From an uncultured Candidatus Saccharibacteria bacterium (GTDB taxonomy: Bacteria > Patescibacteriota > Minisyncoccia > Phycocordibacterales > Phycocordibacteraceae): DNA of 64,000 nt. The position numbers were made by a program, and so were the translations under genes. How positions within the stretch are numbered: position 1 is the stretch's first letter; each line of letters begins with the position of its first letter. The notes beneath the pieces are model-generated. The model saw nothing but the letters and a program-made list of their open reading frames with translations, was not told the origin of the DNA and did no database searches. Location of the stretch: NCBI GenBank assembly GCA_964349555.1, contig CAYGGK010000001.1, positions 120,330-184,329 on the forward strand, read 5' to 3'. Positions 18,050 through 27,477 of the stretch are shown here, in pieces.

Positions 18050-19426
18050 TTAGAATTCTCCAGCAAGTTCGCCGTAGCCCGACTTATCTACCGGCTGGAA
18101 GGTGGCGCGCTTTTCGTCAAAGTAGAGTTCGATTTTACCCGTGGGACCGTTGCGGTGCTTTTCTATAAGGATTTCAGCGACGTTCGGACGGTCGCTCTCC
18201 GGGTTACGCTTATCCTCGCGATGTATGAACATCACCACGTCCGCGTCCTGTTCAATGCTCCCCGAGTCGCGCAAGTCGCTCAAGCGCGGTTTTCCGCCTC
18301 GCTGCTCTACTGCGCGCGAGAGTTGTGAGAGCGCGATGACCGGAACCTTGAGCTCGCGCGCGAGCGATTTAAGCGAGCGTGATATTTCAGTAACCTGCTG
18401 CACCATCGAGTCGGAGGATCTTGTGGATGTGGGCGCCATAAGCTGTAGGTAGTCTACGATGAGGAGGCCGATGTTGCGCTCTCTTTTCAATCTCCGCGCG
18501 ACGGCACGCATAGCGAGAATGTTGTTACCCGGCTTGTCGTCTATAAATATAGGAGCCTTGGAGAGTATCTCTAGCGCGTCGCGTATACGATTGAAGTCTT
18601 CCTCTTCTTTCACTTGGCCGGTGCGCAGTTTCCACGAGTTAACGAATGATTCCGCCGCGAGCATGCGGTCAACGAGCTGTTCGGAGCTCATTTCAAGGGA
18701 GAATATGCCGACCGGAACGTTGTGGCGTACGGCGGCATTGCGCGCGATGTCAAGTGCAAGCGACGTTTTACCCATCGAGGGGCGCGCGGCGATGATGACG
18801 AGATCGGAGGGATGAAACCCCGAAAGAAGAGTGTCCAAATCGGGGAATCCGGATGGCACGCCGCGGATGCCACTTTCTTTTTTAGAGAGCGCTTCGATAC
18901 GATCCCATGCCTCGTGAATTTTATCGCCGATGGCGGTAATGATATGCGCAGAAGAGGCGTCCCCAATGGCGTAGATGCTCTTCTCCGCCTCATCCAACAC
19001 CTCCATCGTGTCGCGCGCCTCGTCGTATGCCAATTCGCCTATGCGATAGGCGGCATCGATGAGAGAGCGCATTAAAGATTTACGCGAGACGAGGTCGGCG
19101 TAATGAGAAAAGTTTCCCGGGGCCGGTGCCGACCCGACGAGCTCGGCGAGATAACTCCTGCCACCTCCGCGCTCCAACAGCCCTTGGTCCTGCATCCTCT
19201 GTGAGAGGGTCAGGAGGTCGATAGGTTCTCCGCGTTCGGCGAGCTCGCGCATCTCGCCGAATATGAGTCGATGCTTCTCTGCGTAAAAAGAGCCCGGACG
19301 AATCAAGTCCAGTACGTCGTGAATAGCGTCTGGTTTGAGTAAGAGAGCTCCGAGAAGGGCGCGTTCCGACTCAAGAGATTGGGGAGGGGTGCGGTCGGTA
19401 GCGGTCATTGCCATTGATTGTATCAA
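18050..19426 (-). CDS. dnaB: Replicative DNA helicase DnaB
   Basis: Walker A ARPSMGKTSLAL and the DnaB N-domain. Confidence 0.9.
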   Translation of the reverse strand: MIQSMAMTATDRTPPQSLESERALLGALLLKPDAIHDVLDLIRPGSFYAEKHRLIFGEMRELAERGEPIDLLTLSQRMQDQGLLERGGGRSYLAELVGSAPAPGNFSHYADLVSRKSLMRSLIDAAYRIGELAYDEARDTMEVLDEAEKSIYAIGDASSAHIITAIGDKIHEAWDRIEALSKKESGIRGVPSGFPDLDTLLSGFHPSDLVIIAARPSMGKTSLALDIARNAAVRHNVPVGIFSLEMSSEQLVDRMLAAESFVNSWKLRTGQVKEEEDFNRIRDALEILSKAPIFIDDKPGNNILAMRAVARRLKRERNIGLLIVDYLQLMAPTSTRSSDSMVQQVTEISRSLKSLARELKVPVIALSQLSRAVEQRGGKPRLSDLRDSGSIEQDADVVMFIHREDKRNPESDRPNVAEILIEKHRNGPTGKIELYFDEKRATFQPVDKSGYGELAGEF

Positions 19427-20883
19427 AGAGTCGTCCGAGTTAACACTGCTCCAGAAGGCCCGTCGTCCACACGATATCCACTTTTTTCAATGTTTTCTCG
19501 AATACGGTCGGCCTCCTCAAAGTCCTGAGAGGCGCGCGCCGCGGAGCGGCGCGCGAGCATCTCCCGTATCGGCGCGGGTATCGCGTCCTCTTGTAAGGCG
19601 CCCACGAGCGGAGGATTCAGGAGCGAGAGGCCAAGATGAGCGTCGGCATCAAGAATGAGCCCCCACTTTTCTTCAGGTGTGTACTCGTCACTCTTCAGGG
19701 CGTCCCAGATGATGCCGAGAGCTTGCGGGGTCGCGAGGTCGTCGCGAAGAGCGGCGAGAAACCGTTCTCGTACCTCAGAGGGCTCGCTTTTGCCTCCGGA
19801 CTCGTCAGCAAGATCTCGAGAAACCCTCCAGAGTCGTTCAAGCGCGCTTGCGGCACCGGCAAGCGCATCCCACGAGAAGGAGAGGGGAGTGCGATAGTGC
19901 GCCTGTAAGAAAAAATAACGCAGAGCGAGCGGGTGGAACTCTTTTGCAACGACGTCAGAAAGTACGACATCGTTCTTAAGCGACTTCGCAACTTTTTCTC
20001 CAAAGACGGTAAGGAACGCGTTATGTAACCAGTAGTGCACGAAGACCCGGCCGTTCGCGGCTTCTGATTGGGCAATCTCGTTGTTGTGATGAATGGCGAT
20101 GTGATCTTCGCCGCCGGTATGGATGTCAATCTCTTGACCGAGCAATGCGCGGCTCATCGCCGAACACTCAATATGCCAACCCGGGTTACCGCGACCCCAG
20201 GGGCTGTCCCATTGTTGGAGGTCATGAGGTTTTGCCGTACGCCAGAGGGCGAAATCGCTCGGGTGGCGCTTGTCTTTAGAGAGTGGGATACGCGCCCCTC
20301 CTTTTGTCTCGACGTCTTGTCTGTTGCCAAGTCTGCCATAGTTGGGAAATTTCCCAGTATCAAAATAGAGTCCTTCGCGCGTGCGGTAGGCGAACCCTTT
20401 CTCTTCAAGCGTTTTTGCGAGCGCCACCTGTTCTTTTATATACTCAGTCGCACGCGGGAAGCGGATATCGTCGGTGTCAATGTTAAGGTCCTCAAGGTCT
20501 TCAATGAATCGCTTTGTGTAGCGCTCTGCAATTGCTCCGGGCGTTGTCTGTTCGCGTTTTGCACCGACGGCCATTTTATCTTCGCCGCCGTCGCCGTCGC
20601 CGACCATATGACCGACGTCGGTGATATTGATGACGCGGTGTACGCGGTACCCCGCTCCGCCAAGGACTCGGGCGAGCGTGTCGGAAAAGACGTAGGCGCG
20701 AAGATTGCCGATGTGCGCAGGGCCATAGACCGTTGGGCCGCATGAGTACAGGGTCGCAAGGCCTGGTTTCTGCGGTATAAAAAGCTCCTTCTCTCCGGAG
20801 AGCGTATTAGTGAGAAAGACTCTTGACAAACGGCGTGGCTCGACGTCCTTCTGTTTTCCGAATCTGCGTGCAAGCCATTTCAT
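19423..20883 (-). CDS. cysS: Cysteinyl-tRNA synthetase
   Basis: CGPTVYGPAHIGNLR (HIGH) and GWHIECSAM. The start is uncertain. Confidence 0.8.
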   Translation of the reverse strand: MKWLARRFGKQKDVEPRRLSRVFLTNTLSGEKELFIPQKPGLATLYSCGPTVYGPAHIGNLRAYVFSDTLARVLGGAGYRVHRVINITDVGHMVGDGDGGEDKMAVGAKREQTTPGAIAERYTKRFIEDLEDLNIDTDDIRFPRATEYIKEQVALAKTLEEKGFAYRTREGLYFDTGKFPNYGRLGNRQDVETKGGARIPLSKDKRHPSDFALWRTAKPHDLQQWDSPWGRGNPGWHIECSAMSRALLGQEIDIHTGGEDHIAIHHNNEIAQSEAANGRVFVHYWLHNAFLTVFGEKVAKSLKNDVVLSDVVAKEFHPLALRYFFLQAHYRTPLSFSWDALAGAASALERLWRVSRDLADESGGKSEPSEVRERFLAALRDDLATPQALGIIWDALKSDEYTPEEKWGLILDADAHLGLSLLNPPLVGALQEDAIPAPIREMLARRSAARASQDFEEADRIRENIEKSGYRVDDGPSGAVLTRTTL

Positions 20884-20897
20884 TCGCCTAGGATACC

Positions 20898-22175
20898 ATG
20901 CATGTGCTAGAATATTGTGACATGGATTCAAGAGAAACCTACAGACGCGGAAGGTTCGTTGCGATATGCGGCGTTTCGTTTGCTCTCGTCGCTGTGCTCG
21001 CCTTTAGTGCCGGACTTGCCGTTGCCGGGAGCGGGCCTGCCGCCTCGATCGTCGCGCGCATCCCGCTTATCGGCGATGGGCTTGACGCAACTCCTAACCC
21101 GACCGTTGACTTTACTGATTTTTGGAAGGCGTGGAATGCCCTTGAGAAGCATTACGTCATTACTGACGCCTCCTCAACGCCCCCCTCGGTCGAGGAGAGA
21201 CTTTTTGGCGCTATAAAGGGCCTTGCGGCCTCGTATGGCGACCCGTATACCATCTACTTCCCGCCTGAAGAGGCAAAGGAATTCGCCGATAATATTTCAG
21301 GCAGTTTCGCCGGTGTCGGTATGGAAATAGGCATCAAGAACGGCGTATTGACGGTTGTCGCCCCCCTGAAGGGTACGCCGGCAGAAAGGGCCGGCATCAA
21401 GGCCGACGATCAGATCGTTACAATTGACGGGAAGTTTACCGACGGCCTCTCGATTGACAAAGCCGTGAGTCAGATTCGCGGCCCGGTTGGCACGACGGTA
21501 GAATTCACGATTGTTCGCGACGGCAAATCGTTGGACATCACAATAACCCGTGACATTATCCAGGTGCCGAAAACCGAAGACGGCCTTGATGAAACGAGCG
21601 GCGTGTATCGTATCGCGCTCTACGAGTTCACCGCGACTTCCGCAGACCTTTTCAATCAAGCCTTCGCACGATTTAAGAAGTCCGGCTCAAAAAAGCTTGT
21701 TATAGACCTGCGAAGTAATCCCGGCGGATATTTGAATTCGGCAGTAAATATAGCGAGCCATTTTCTCCCTCGAGGGACGACCGTGGTGACTGAAGACTTT
21801 GATAATAAAGAAAGAAACCAGGTCCACACCAGTCTCGGCTATAACGACGTGCCGGAGGGGACGAAGATAGTCGTGCTCATTGACGGCGGTTCGGCCTCCG
21901 CCTCGGAGATTTTTGCGGGCGCTCTGCAAGACACCCGCAGGGCTACTATCATCGGCACCAAGTCTTTTGGCAAAGGTTCAGTACAAACGCTATTAGACCT
22001 CGGAGACGGCTCGCTTAAGATTACCGTCGCCCGCTGGATAACGCCGGGAGGACACTGGATTATGGATAACGGCGTTACGCCGGACATCATCGTGCCGTAT
22101 ACCCAAGAAGATGCCACCGCAAAACGCGACCCTCAAATGGCGCGCGCTATTCAATTTTTGACTACGGGCTCATGA
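20898..22175 (+). CDS. S41 C-terminal processing (tail-specific) peptidase
   Basis: PDZ domain, GGSASASEIFAGALQD and KSFGKGSVQ. Confidence 0.8.
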   Translation: MHVLEYCDMDSRETYRRGRFVAICGVSFALVAVLAFSAGLAVAGSGPAASIVARIPLIGDGLDATPNPTVDFTDFWKAWNALEKHYVITDASSTPPSVEERLFGAIKGLAASYGDPYTIYFPPEEAKEFADNISGSFAGVGMEIGIKNGVLTVVAPLKGTPAERAGIKADDQIVTIDGKFTDGLSIDKAVSQIRGPVGTTVEFTIVRDGKSLDITITRDIIQVPKTEDGLDETSGVYRIALYEFTATSADLFNQAFARFKKSGSKKLVIDLRSNPGGYLNSAVNIASHFLPRGTTVVTEDFDNKERNQVHTSLGYNDVPEGTKIVVLIDGGSASASEIFAGALQDTRRATIIGTKSFGKGSVQTLLDLGDGSLKITVARWITPGGHWIMDNGVTPDIIVPYTQEDATAKRDPQMARAIQFLTTGS

Positions 22176-22194
22176 TAGGGTAGGGTAGCGCTAT

Positions 22195-22638
22195 ATGAAA
22201 ATTATTTTACTGAAGGATGTAAAAGGGGTGGGGCGCACTCACGAGTCGGTAGAGGCAAGTGACGGACACGCGCTCAACTACCTCATCCCAAAGAAACTTG
22301 CCGTCCTCGCGACGCCGGTGACGGTGAGAGAAGCTGAGCTGCGTCGCAAGCAAGCGACGGATCGTGCAGAGCTTGACACCGTTCTTCTTGCCCAGAACCT
22401 CGCGGCTCTTGCTGAAGCGCGCGTCGTGATAAAAATGAAAGCGAACGAAAAGGGCCACCTCTATGATGCGGTAGGGAAGTCCGACATACAAAGAGAGGTT
22501 AAAGAACAGTCGCGCATTGACCTGCCGGAGGACGTGATAAAGCTGGAGAAGCCGATTAAAGAACTTGGTGTTTTTGATATTCCAGTCGCCACGGGCGATA
22601 CGTTCGGAAAATTCTCCCTCACGATTGAAGCAGAGTAG
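22195..22638 (+). CDS. rplI: 50S ribosomal protein L9
   Basis: MKIILLKDVKGVGR…. Confidence 0.85.
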   Translation: MKIILLKDVKGVGRTHESVEASDGHALNYLIPKKLAVLATPVTVREAELRRKQATDRAELDTVLLAQNLAALAEARVVIKMKANEKGHLYDAVGKSDIQREVKEQSRIDLPEDVIKLEKPIKELGVFDIPVATGDTFGKFSLTIEAE

Positions 22639-22644
22639 TTTTGT

Positions 22645-24342
22645 TCAAAGATTCTCTTTATTTTCTTTTCTTCCAAGTTCTTTAATAATTATTTCCACTA
22701 AGTCCGGGTGGTAGTGTTCGGCCTCATGTCCTCTTGACTTCTGTTTTTCAAACCACCCCGGGTTAGACACCCTATATTTCTCCGCAAAAGATATTATTGT
22801 AGAACCGTCTGCCTTAACAGCACGCCTAAGACTCTTCGCACTTTCCCACCCATCTTTCTTTCCCGGCGTTTCGTTAAAATGTTCTACCATTTTTTCCACT
22901 AAGTCCGGGTGGTAGTGCTCGGCTTTTTGGCTTCCTGACTTCTGTATTTCAAACCACTCCGGGTTAGATACCCTGTATCTCTCCGCAAAAAATTTTATGT
23001 TACGATGAGCTGCCTTAACAACACGCATAAGACCACTTGCGCTTTCCCACCCCTCTTTCTTTCCCGGCGTTTCGTTAAAATGTTCTACTATTTCTTTCAC
23101 TAAATCCGGGTGGTAGTGTTCGGCCTCATGTCCTCTTGACTTCTGTTTTTCAAACCACTCCGGGTTAGATACCCTGTATCTCTCCGCAAAAGATTTTATT
23201 TTACGAAGGTCTGCCTTAACAATAGGTATAAGACTCTTCGCACTTTCCCACCCATCTTTCTTTCCCGGCGTTTCGTTAAAATGTTCTACCATTTTTTCCA
23301 CTAAGTCCGGGTGGTAGTGTTCGGCTTCTACACTTCCCGACTTCTGTCTTTCAAACCACCCCGGGTTAGACACCCTATATTTCTCCGCAAAAGATATTAT
23401 TGTATGACCACTTGCCTTAAAAATATGCCTAAGACTTCTCGAACTTTCCCACCCCTCTTTCTTTTTTGGTACCTCTTTTATGTGTTCAAAATCTGATTTT
23501 GGGACGTTTGGTTTTTTATCGTCATTAACATCGAAATTTTCGGTTAAATACGTAAGCATACGTTCACGCCATTTGCTGTTTTGTCGTAGCACGCTACCAA
23601 TGGCAGGGTCTTCTTCTATATATTTCTTGTATTCGTCTTTGTCTGTCGTATCCAATCTCTCTATACTGATTACTTTTTGTAAAATTTTGTCTCTATCAAA
23701 TATAAAACTCGCGTTACCTTCTTCTTCGCAGATATACACCACTCGGTTTAACTCGGGTATTTCTACCCTGAAGTACGGATAACGCCGCATCATATTATCT
23801 GTAGTTTCTCCCTTTATAATTTTAATATCATCCTCTGTGGTGTCCTCGGCAGGGTCGTTTATGTATATATGAAGGTCATTTTGAAGGATATACATAAGAG
23901 TAGTCAATCTTGGTATGAGGTTCTTCTCTTCTAATCCCTTACTGCTTCCGGGGACGATGGGGTTATTTTCTTTGGAGGGGGGAACAAATACTTCTTTTGA
24001 TACGCCAGTCATTCTCGCTATGTTCCTTTCTAAGTCGTATATAGATTCTTTTCTTTTTGAAATAGCGTCTAGAGTATCGGTTACTGACTGCAATCCTAGA
24101 TACCCCAGAGCGGCATCTTCCAGTTCTTTTCCTATATAAGTCGTTCCGGGATTTTTTTCTTTATATTCAGAAGTTGCTTTAGACACAATGAGAATCAACG
24201 TGTCCACTGCCTCATCGTAGAAAGTATGTACGTTATCTGGGTTTATACTTGTGTGTAGGAGGTTGTCATACTCAACCTTAAGCGAGTTTTTTAAAGATTC
24301 AGGACGGGCTCTGTATTCTTTACCTGATAAACGACCCTCCAT
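22645..24342 (-). CDS. Hypothetical protein with four C-terminal 67-aa tandem repeats
   Basis: 201-bp DNA repeats across about 22690-23493 encode K(K/E)GWES…SFAEKYRVSNP(G/E)WFEKQKS…AEHYHPDLVEKMVEHFNETPGK four times. The ~300-aa N-terminal domain is unique. The gene is AT-rich compared with its neighbours. Confidence 0.6.
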   Translation of the reverse strand: MEGRLSGKEYRARPESLKNSLKVEYDNLLHTSINPDNVHTFYDEAVDTLILIVSKATSEYKEKNPGTTYIGKELEDAALGYLGLQSVTDTLDAISKRKESIYDLERNIARMTGVSKEVFVPPSKENNPIVPGSSKGLEEKNLIPRLTTLMYILQNDLHIYINDPAEDTTEDDIKIIKGETTDNMMRRYPYFRVEIPELNRVVYICEEEGNASFIFDRDKILQKVISIERLDTTDKDEYKKYIEEDPAIGSVLRQNSKWRERMLTYLTENFDVNDDKKPNVPKSDFEHIKEVPKKKEGWESSRSLRHIFKASGHTIISFAEKYRVSNPGWFERQKSGSVEAEHYHPDLVEKMVEHFNETPGKKDGWESAKSLIPIVKADLRKIKSFAERYRVSNPEWFEKQKSRGHEAEHYHPDLVKEIVEHFNETPGKKEGWESASGLMRVVKAAHRNIKFFAERYRVSNPEWFEIQKSGSQKAEHYHPDLVEKMVEHFNETPGKKDGWESAKSLRRAVKADGSTIISFAEKYRVSNPGWFEKQKSRGHEAEHYHPDLVEIIIKELGRKENKENL

Positions 24343-24361
24343 CGAAGCAGAATAGTTTTAT

Positions 24362-24634
24362 TTAAATAACGTCGGCGACGGTTTTGGTCATGATGCGGCC
24401 CGTAAAGCTCGTTTTACGTCGCGTGCGGTAGGCGACCTTGCCCTCAGAAAGCGCGAAGAGCGTATGGTCCCGGCCGACGGCGACATTCTTTCCCGCTTCA
24501 ATCTTCGTCCCGCGCTGGCGGAGGATGACCATTCCCGGGCGCGCTGAGGCGCCGTCAGAGAGCTTTATGCCGAGATATTTCGGGTTTGATGTATTAAGGT
24601 TTTTTGCCGAACCTCCGGCTTTTGTTGATGCCAT
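24362..24634 (-). CDS. rpmA: 50S ribosomal protein L27
   Basis: MASTKAGGSAKN…RQRGTK…GRDHTLFA. Confidence 0.85.
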   Translation of the reverse strand: MASTKAGGSAKNLNTSNPKYLGIKLSDGASARPGMVILRQRGTKIEAGKNVAVGRDHTLFALSEGKVAYRTRRKTSFTGRIMTKTVADVI

Positions 24635-24770
24635 AGTGGTATGTGTTTTACTGCGCAATTATAGCAAAAGCACGCGATTCATGCAAATTCGTGTACCCGA
24701 TATAAAAGACCGCCTGGGGGAGTTTGTGCTCCCACGCAGGCGGCCTGTAAGAGGAAGATTTAGGCGGTTT

Positions 24771-25172
24771 TTACAGGGACGAGCCGATTTCCACCCTCGC
24801 TACCTCGTTGAGATATTTATGTCCCGCCTTAACCGCTAAGATTTTGGTCTCGAGGAGTTTTTCAATGGCGTTTTTCAGCCTCCCAGCTTTCCCAGCGCCA
24901 AATGGAATCGTGATGATGACGTCCTTGGTGCCAGTGAAGATGTCCAGTTCGCCACCAAACTGCTCTTGTAAGTCTTCAGGAGCACCGATAGGTAATACCG
25001 CCACTCCATTGCGGATAACCACAATGATTAACGGCTCAACCCCGTTTTTTTTAAATTCCCAGAGATCTTGGGGGATGTATATCACCACCCCTGGATCGGC
25101 ACTTTCCCCCTTACCCATTAAGAAGTCACGTTTAGGTGCCGGAAAACGAACCAAGCGACGAGTACGTCCCAT
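24771..25172 (-). CDS. Hypothetical protein
   Basis: ORF 24771..25268 immediately upstream of rpmA on the same strand. A terminator-like hairpin follows at about 24690-24735. Confidence 0.35.
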   Translation of the reverse strand: MGRTRRLVRFPAPKRDFLMGKGESADPGVVIYIPQDLWEFKKNGVEPLIIVVIRNGVAVLPIGAPEDLQEQFGGELDIFTGTKDVIITIPFGAGKAGRLKNAIEKLLETKILAVKAGHKYLNEVARVEIGSSL

Positions 25173-25277
25173 AAGAATTCTCCCCTTCCTGTGAAGACCA
25201 AATGCTATCGGATTGATAGCTAGCTTGAATGATACAGCAGAATCTATTTTCAGCAAATTATTGCGCAAGCCACGTGC

Positions 25278-26045
25278 TTGGCATGTTATGCTTTAAGAAG
25301 CATGAATGATGACTTAACACGCGACCCATCCATACACGAGACGGCCGAAAAGCTTGCCAACGTCGTTCACGAAGGGCATCGCACGATGCCCGAGGACCGC
25401 CCGCTCCTTGTTTGCAAACCAAAGAAAGTAGAGTCGTGGCGCATATTTAAGATAATGTCTGAATTTATAGAAGGGTTTGATATTATCCGCCGCTACGGCC
25501 TCGCGGCGACTTTTTTCGGCAGTGCGCGAACCTCTCCTGAAGATAAGGTGTATGAGCAGGCGACGGAACTCGCCGGACGCCTCGCGAAAAAGGGGTTTGC
25601 TATTGTTACAGGAGGCAGTTTGGGCATTATGCAGGCTGCAAATAAGGGAGCATTTGAAGAGGGAGGAGCCTCGGTCGGGCTGAATATTAACTTGCCGGAG
25701 GTGCAGGTCTATAACCCCTACCTTACCGAGAAATTCGGCTTTGAGCATTTCTTCGTGCGGAAGGTTATGCTCGCGTATGCGTCGGAAGTGTATGTCTATT
25801 TCCCCGGCGGCTTCGGTACGTTGGACGAATTCTTTGAGATAGTAACGCTCATACAGTCAAAGAAGATACGCAAGGTGCCGATCGTTCTGTTTGGAAAGGA
25901 ATTTTGGGAACCACTGCTCGCATTTATTGAAACGACCCTGTACCAGAGGCGCGCGGCTATTAACGAAGAGGACATGCAGATCTATACACTCGTCGACTCG
26001 GTTGACGAAGCGTACGACTACATAACCGCGAACGTCACTTGTTGA
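25278..26045 (+). CDS. LOG family protein (cytokinin riboside 5'-monophosphate phosphoribohydrolase-like)
   Basis: TGGSLGIMQAANKGA and PGGFGTLDEFFE. Confidence 0.75.
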   Translation: MACYALRSMNDDLTRDPSIHETAEKLANVVHEGHRTMPEDRPLLVCKPKKVESWRIFKIMSEFIEGFDIIRRYGLAATFFGSARTSPEDKVYEQATELAGRLAKKGFAIVTGGSLGIMQAANKGAFEEGGASVGLNINLPEVQVYNPYLTEKFGFEHFFVRKVMLAYASEVYVYFPGGFGTLDEFFEIVTLIQSKKIRKVPIVLFGKEFWEPLLAFIETTLYQRRAAINEEDMQIYTLVDSVDEAYDYITANVTC

Positions 26046-26200
26046 GGGAGGGAAGGGGACACCTGTTGTCGTGATACTATATCTTCATGAGACGCATTAA
26101 ATATTCGAGCAAACGGCTTCAGCTTTACGCGTTTTGGACCGGCTTTTTAAGCACCTTAATTAGCTTAACTCACGTCATCGTCATCGCGTTAAAAAAATAA

Positions 26201-27166
26201 TCAGTTATTAAGCTCGCTTCCCCCGTGGAATTTTTCGTGTATATCGCGGAGTCGTTTATTCGTCACGTGCGTGTAGATCTGGGTTGTCGCGACGTTTTTA
26301 TGTCCGAGCAATTCTTGCACACTGCGCAGGTCTGCGCCGTGGGAGAGAAGGTCGGTCGCGTAGCTGTGCCGGAGCGTGTGGGGAGTGACCTTTTTTGAGA
26401 GGCCCGCGAGTACCGCGCATCGGGATATCATTTTCTGAATAGAGCGCGGGGACAAGCGTTTTGCGTCCGCGTCATCCTTGTGTCGGAAGTTTATAAAAAG
26501 GGGAGTATGCACGTCGCGCCTCGCCACGAGATACGTTCGGAGCCATTCGGCCGCCCGAGGTGAGATAAAAATGGTTCTGACATGATTCCCTTTACCAACG
26601 ATAGATAATTCGTAGGTCCGTGTATGACTTTTGTCGTTAAGAAACGAAACTTGGTCCGTATCAAGCGCGACAAGCTCGCTGATGCGCATGCCAGACGAGA
26701 AAAAAAGTTCCATAATGGCCCGATCGCGCAAGCCGTTTAAAGTTGCTACGTCAGGAACTTTCATCATCTTCTCCACATCGTGTACGTCAAGGAAGGAAAG
26801 AGTCTCTTCTGTCTTTTGTTTTGCCAATTTAATTTTTGAAGAAGGAAGAGACTCTATGTCGCGATCGGCGAGATAGTTGAGAAACGCGCGCAGAGCTATA
26901 AGGTAATAGTTCTGGGACTTTTTGCCGAGGTATCCGCCGGAAGGTGTCGTATATTTGCGTGCGAGGTAGAGACGATAATCCCATATATGCTTTGGCGTGA
27001 GTTCGTGAGGCAAGAGTCCCTCGTCTCCATTTTTCTTCAGCCAGCCCATAAAAAGTTGTAAGTACTGCTTGTAATTTTTTTGCGTATTACTCGACAGTCC
27101 TTTTTCAACCTCGCAGTAATCGAGGAAGGGAAGGAGGTGGTTAGAGAGCGATTGCTTGTCGCGCAT
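26201..27166 (-). CDS. Tyrosine site-specific recombinase (XerC/XerD-like)
   Basis: R…HTLRHSYATDLL…LGH…TQIYTHV catalytic box. Confidence 0.8.
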   Translation of the reverse strand: MRDKQSLSNHLLPFLDYCEVEKGLSSNTQKNYKQYLQLFMGWLKKNGDEGLLPHELTPKHIWDYRLYLARKYTTPSGGYLGKKSQNYYLIALRAFLNYLADRDIESLPSSKIKLAKQKTEETLSFLDVHDVEKMMKVPDVATLNGLRDRAIMELFFSSGMRISELVALDTDQVSFLNDKSHTRTYELSIVGKGNHVRTIFISPRAAEWLRTYLVARRDVHTPLFINFRHKDDADAKRLSPRSIQKMISRCAVLAGLSKKVTPHTLRHSYATDLLSHGADLRSVQELLGHKNVATTQIYTHVTNKRLRDIHEKFHGGSELNN

Positions 27167-27265
27167 TCCTCAAGAATAGCAGATAAGGTAGGTTCGCACA
27201 ATATATGTAAAACGAATACATGTGGATAGAAGAACCGGGCCGCTCTCTTCTTATCGCGATGGCTT

Positions 27266-27430
27266 CTATCGCACGAGATTGACAATCCACTGCCACGCCA
27301 GGGATGCGAGTTGTTGGAGGTAGAGAAGGTTCTGTTGACCGGCTGGAGAGTCGATTATTGCCCGCAGTGAAATATTAAAAAACGAGAGGGCAAGAAAGAG
27401 TACGAGGATCCAGAAAATAAGCCTAAGCAT
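27266..27430 (-). CDS. Small hypothetical membrane protein
   Basis: Single TM helix, 54-67 aa. Confidence 0.25.
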   Translation of the reverse strand: MLRLIFWILVLFLALSFFNISLRAIIDSPAGQQNLLYLQQLASLAWQWIVNLVR

Positions 27431-27477
27431 GCCTCTAATTATACACCCTCTCCCCTCCCATCGCGTCAAGCCGAGAT

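Noticed and set aside
24771-25268. Prp (L27-processing cysteine protease) upstream of rpmA
   Set aside because: The sequence lacks the conserved His-Cys dyad context of Prp/YsxB. In addition, the L27 here has no N-terminal extension to be cleaved.
26201-27166. Tyrosine recombinase as the integrase of the murF- and tyrS-end cassettes
   Set aside because: It is 14-15 kb from either cassette, embedded among housekeeping genes (LOG, M23, gltX), with no flanking repeats. It is most likely the chromosomal XerC/D. A role in trans cannot be excluded but is not supported by the sequence.
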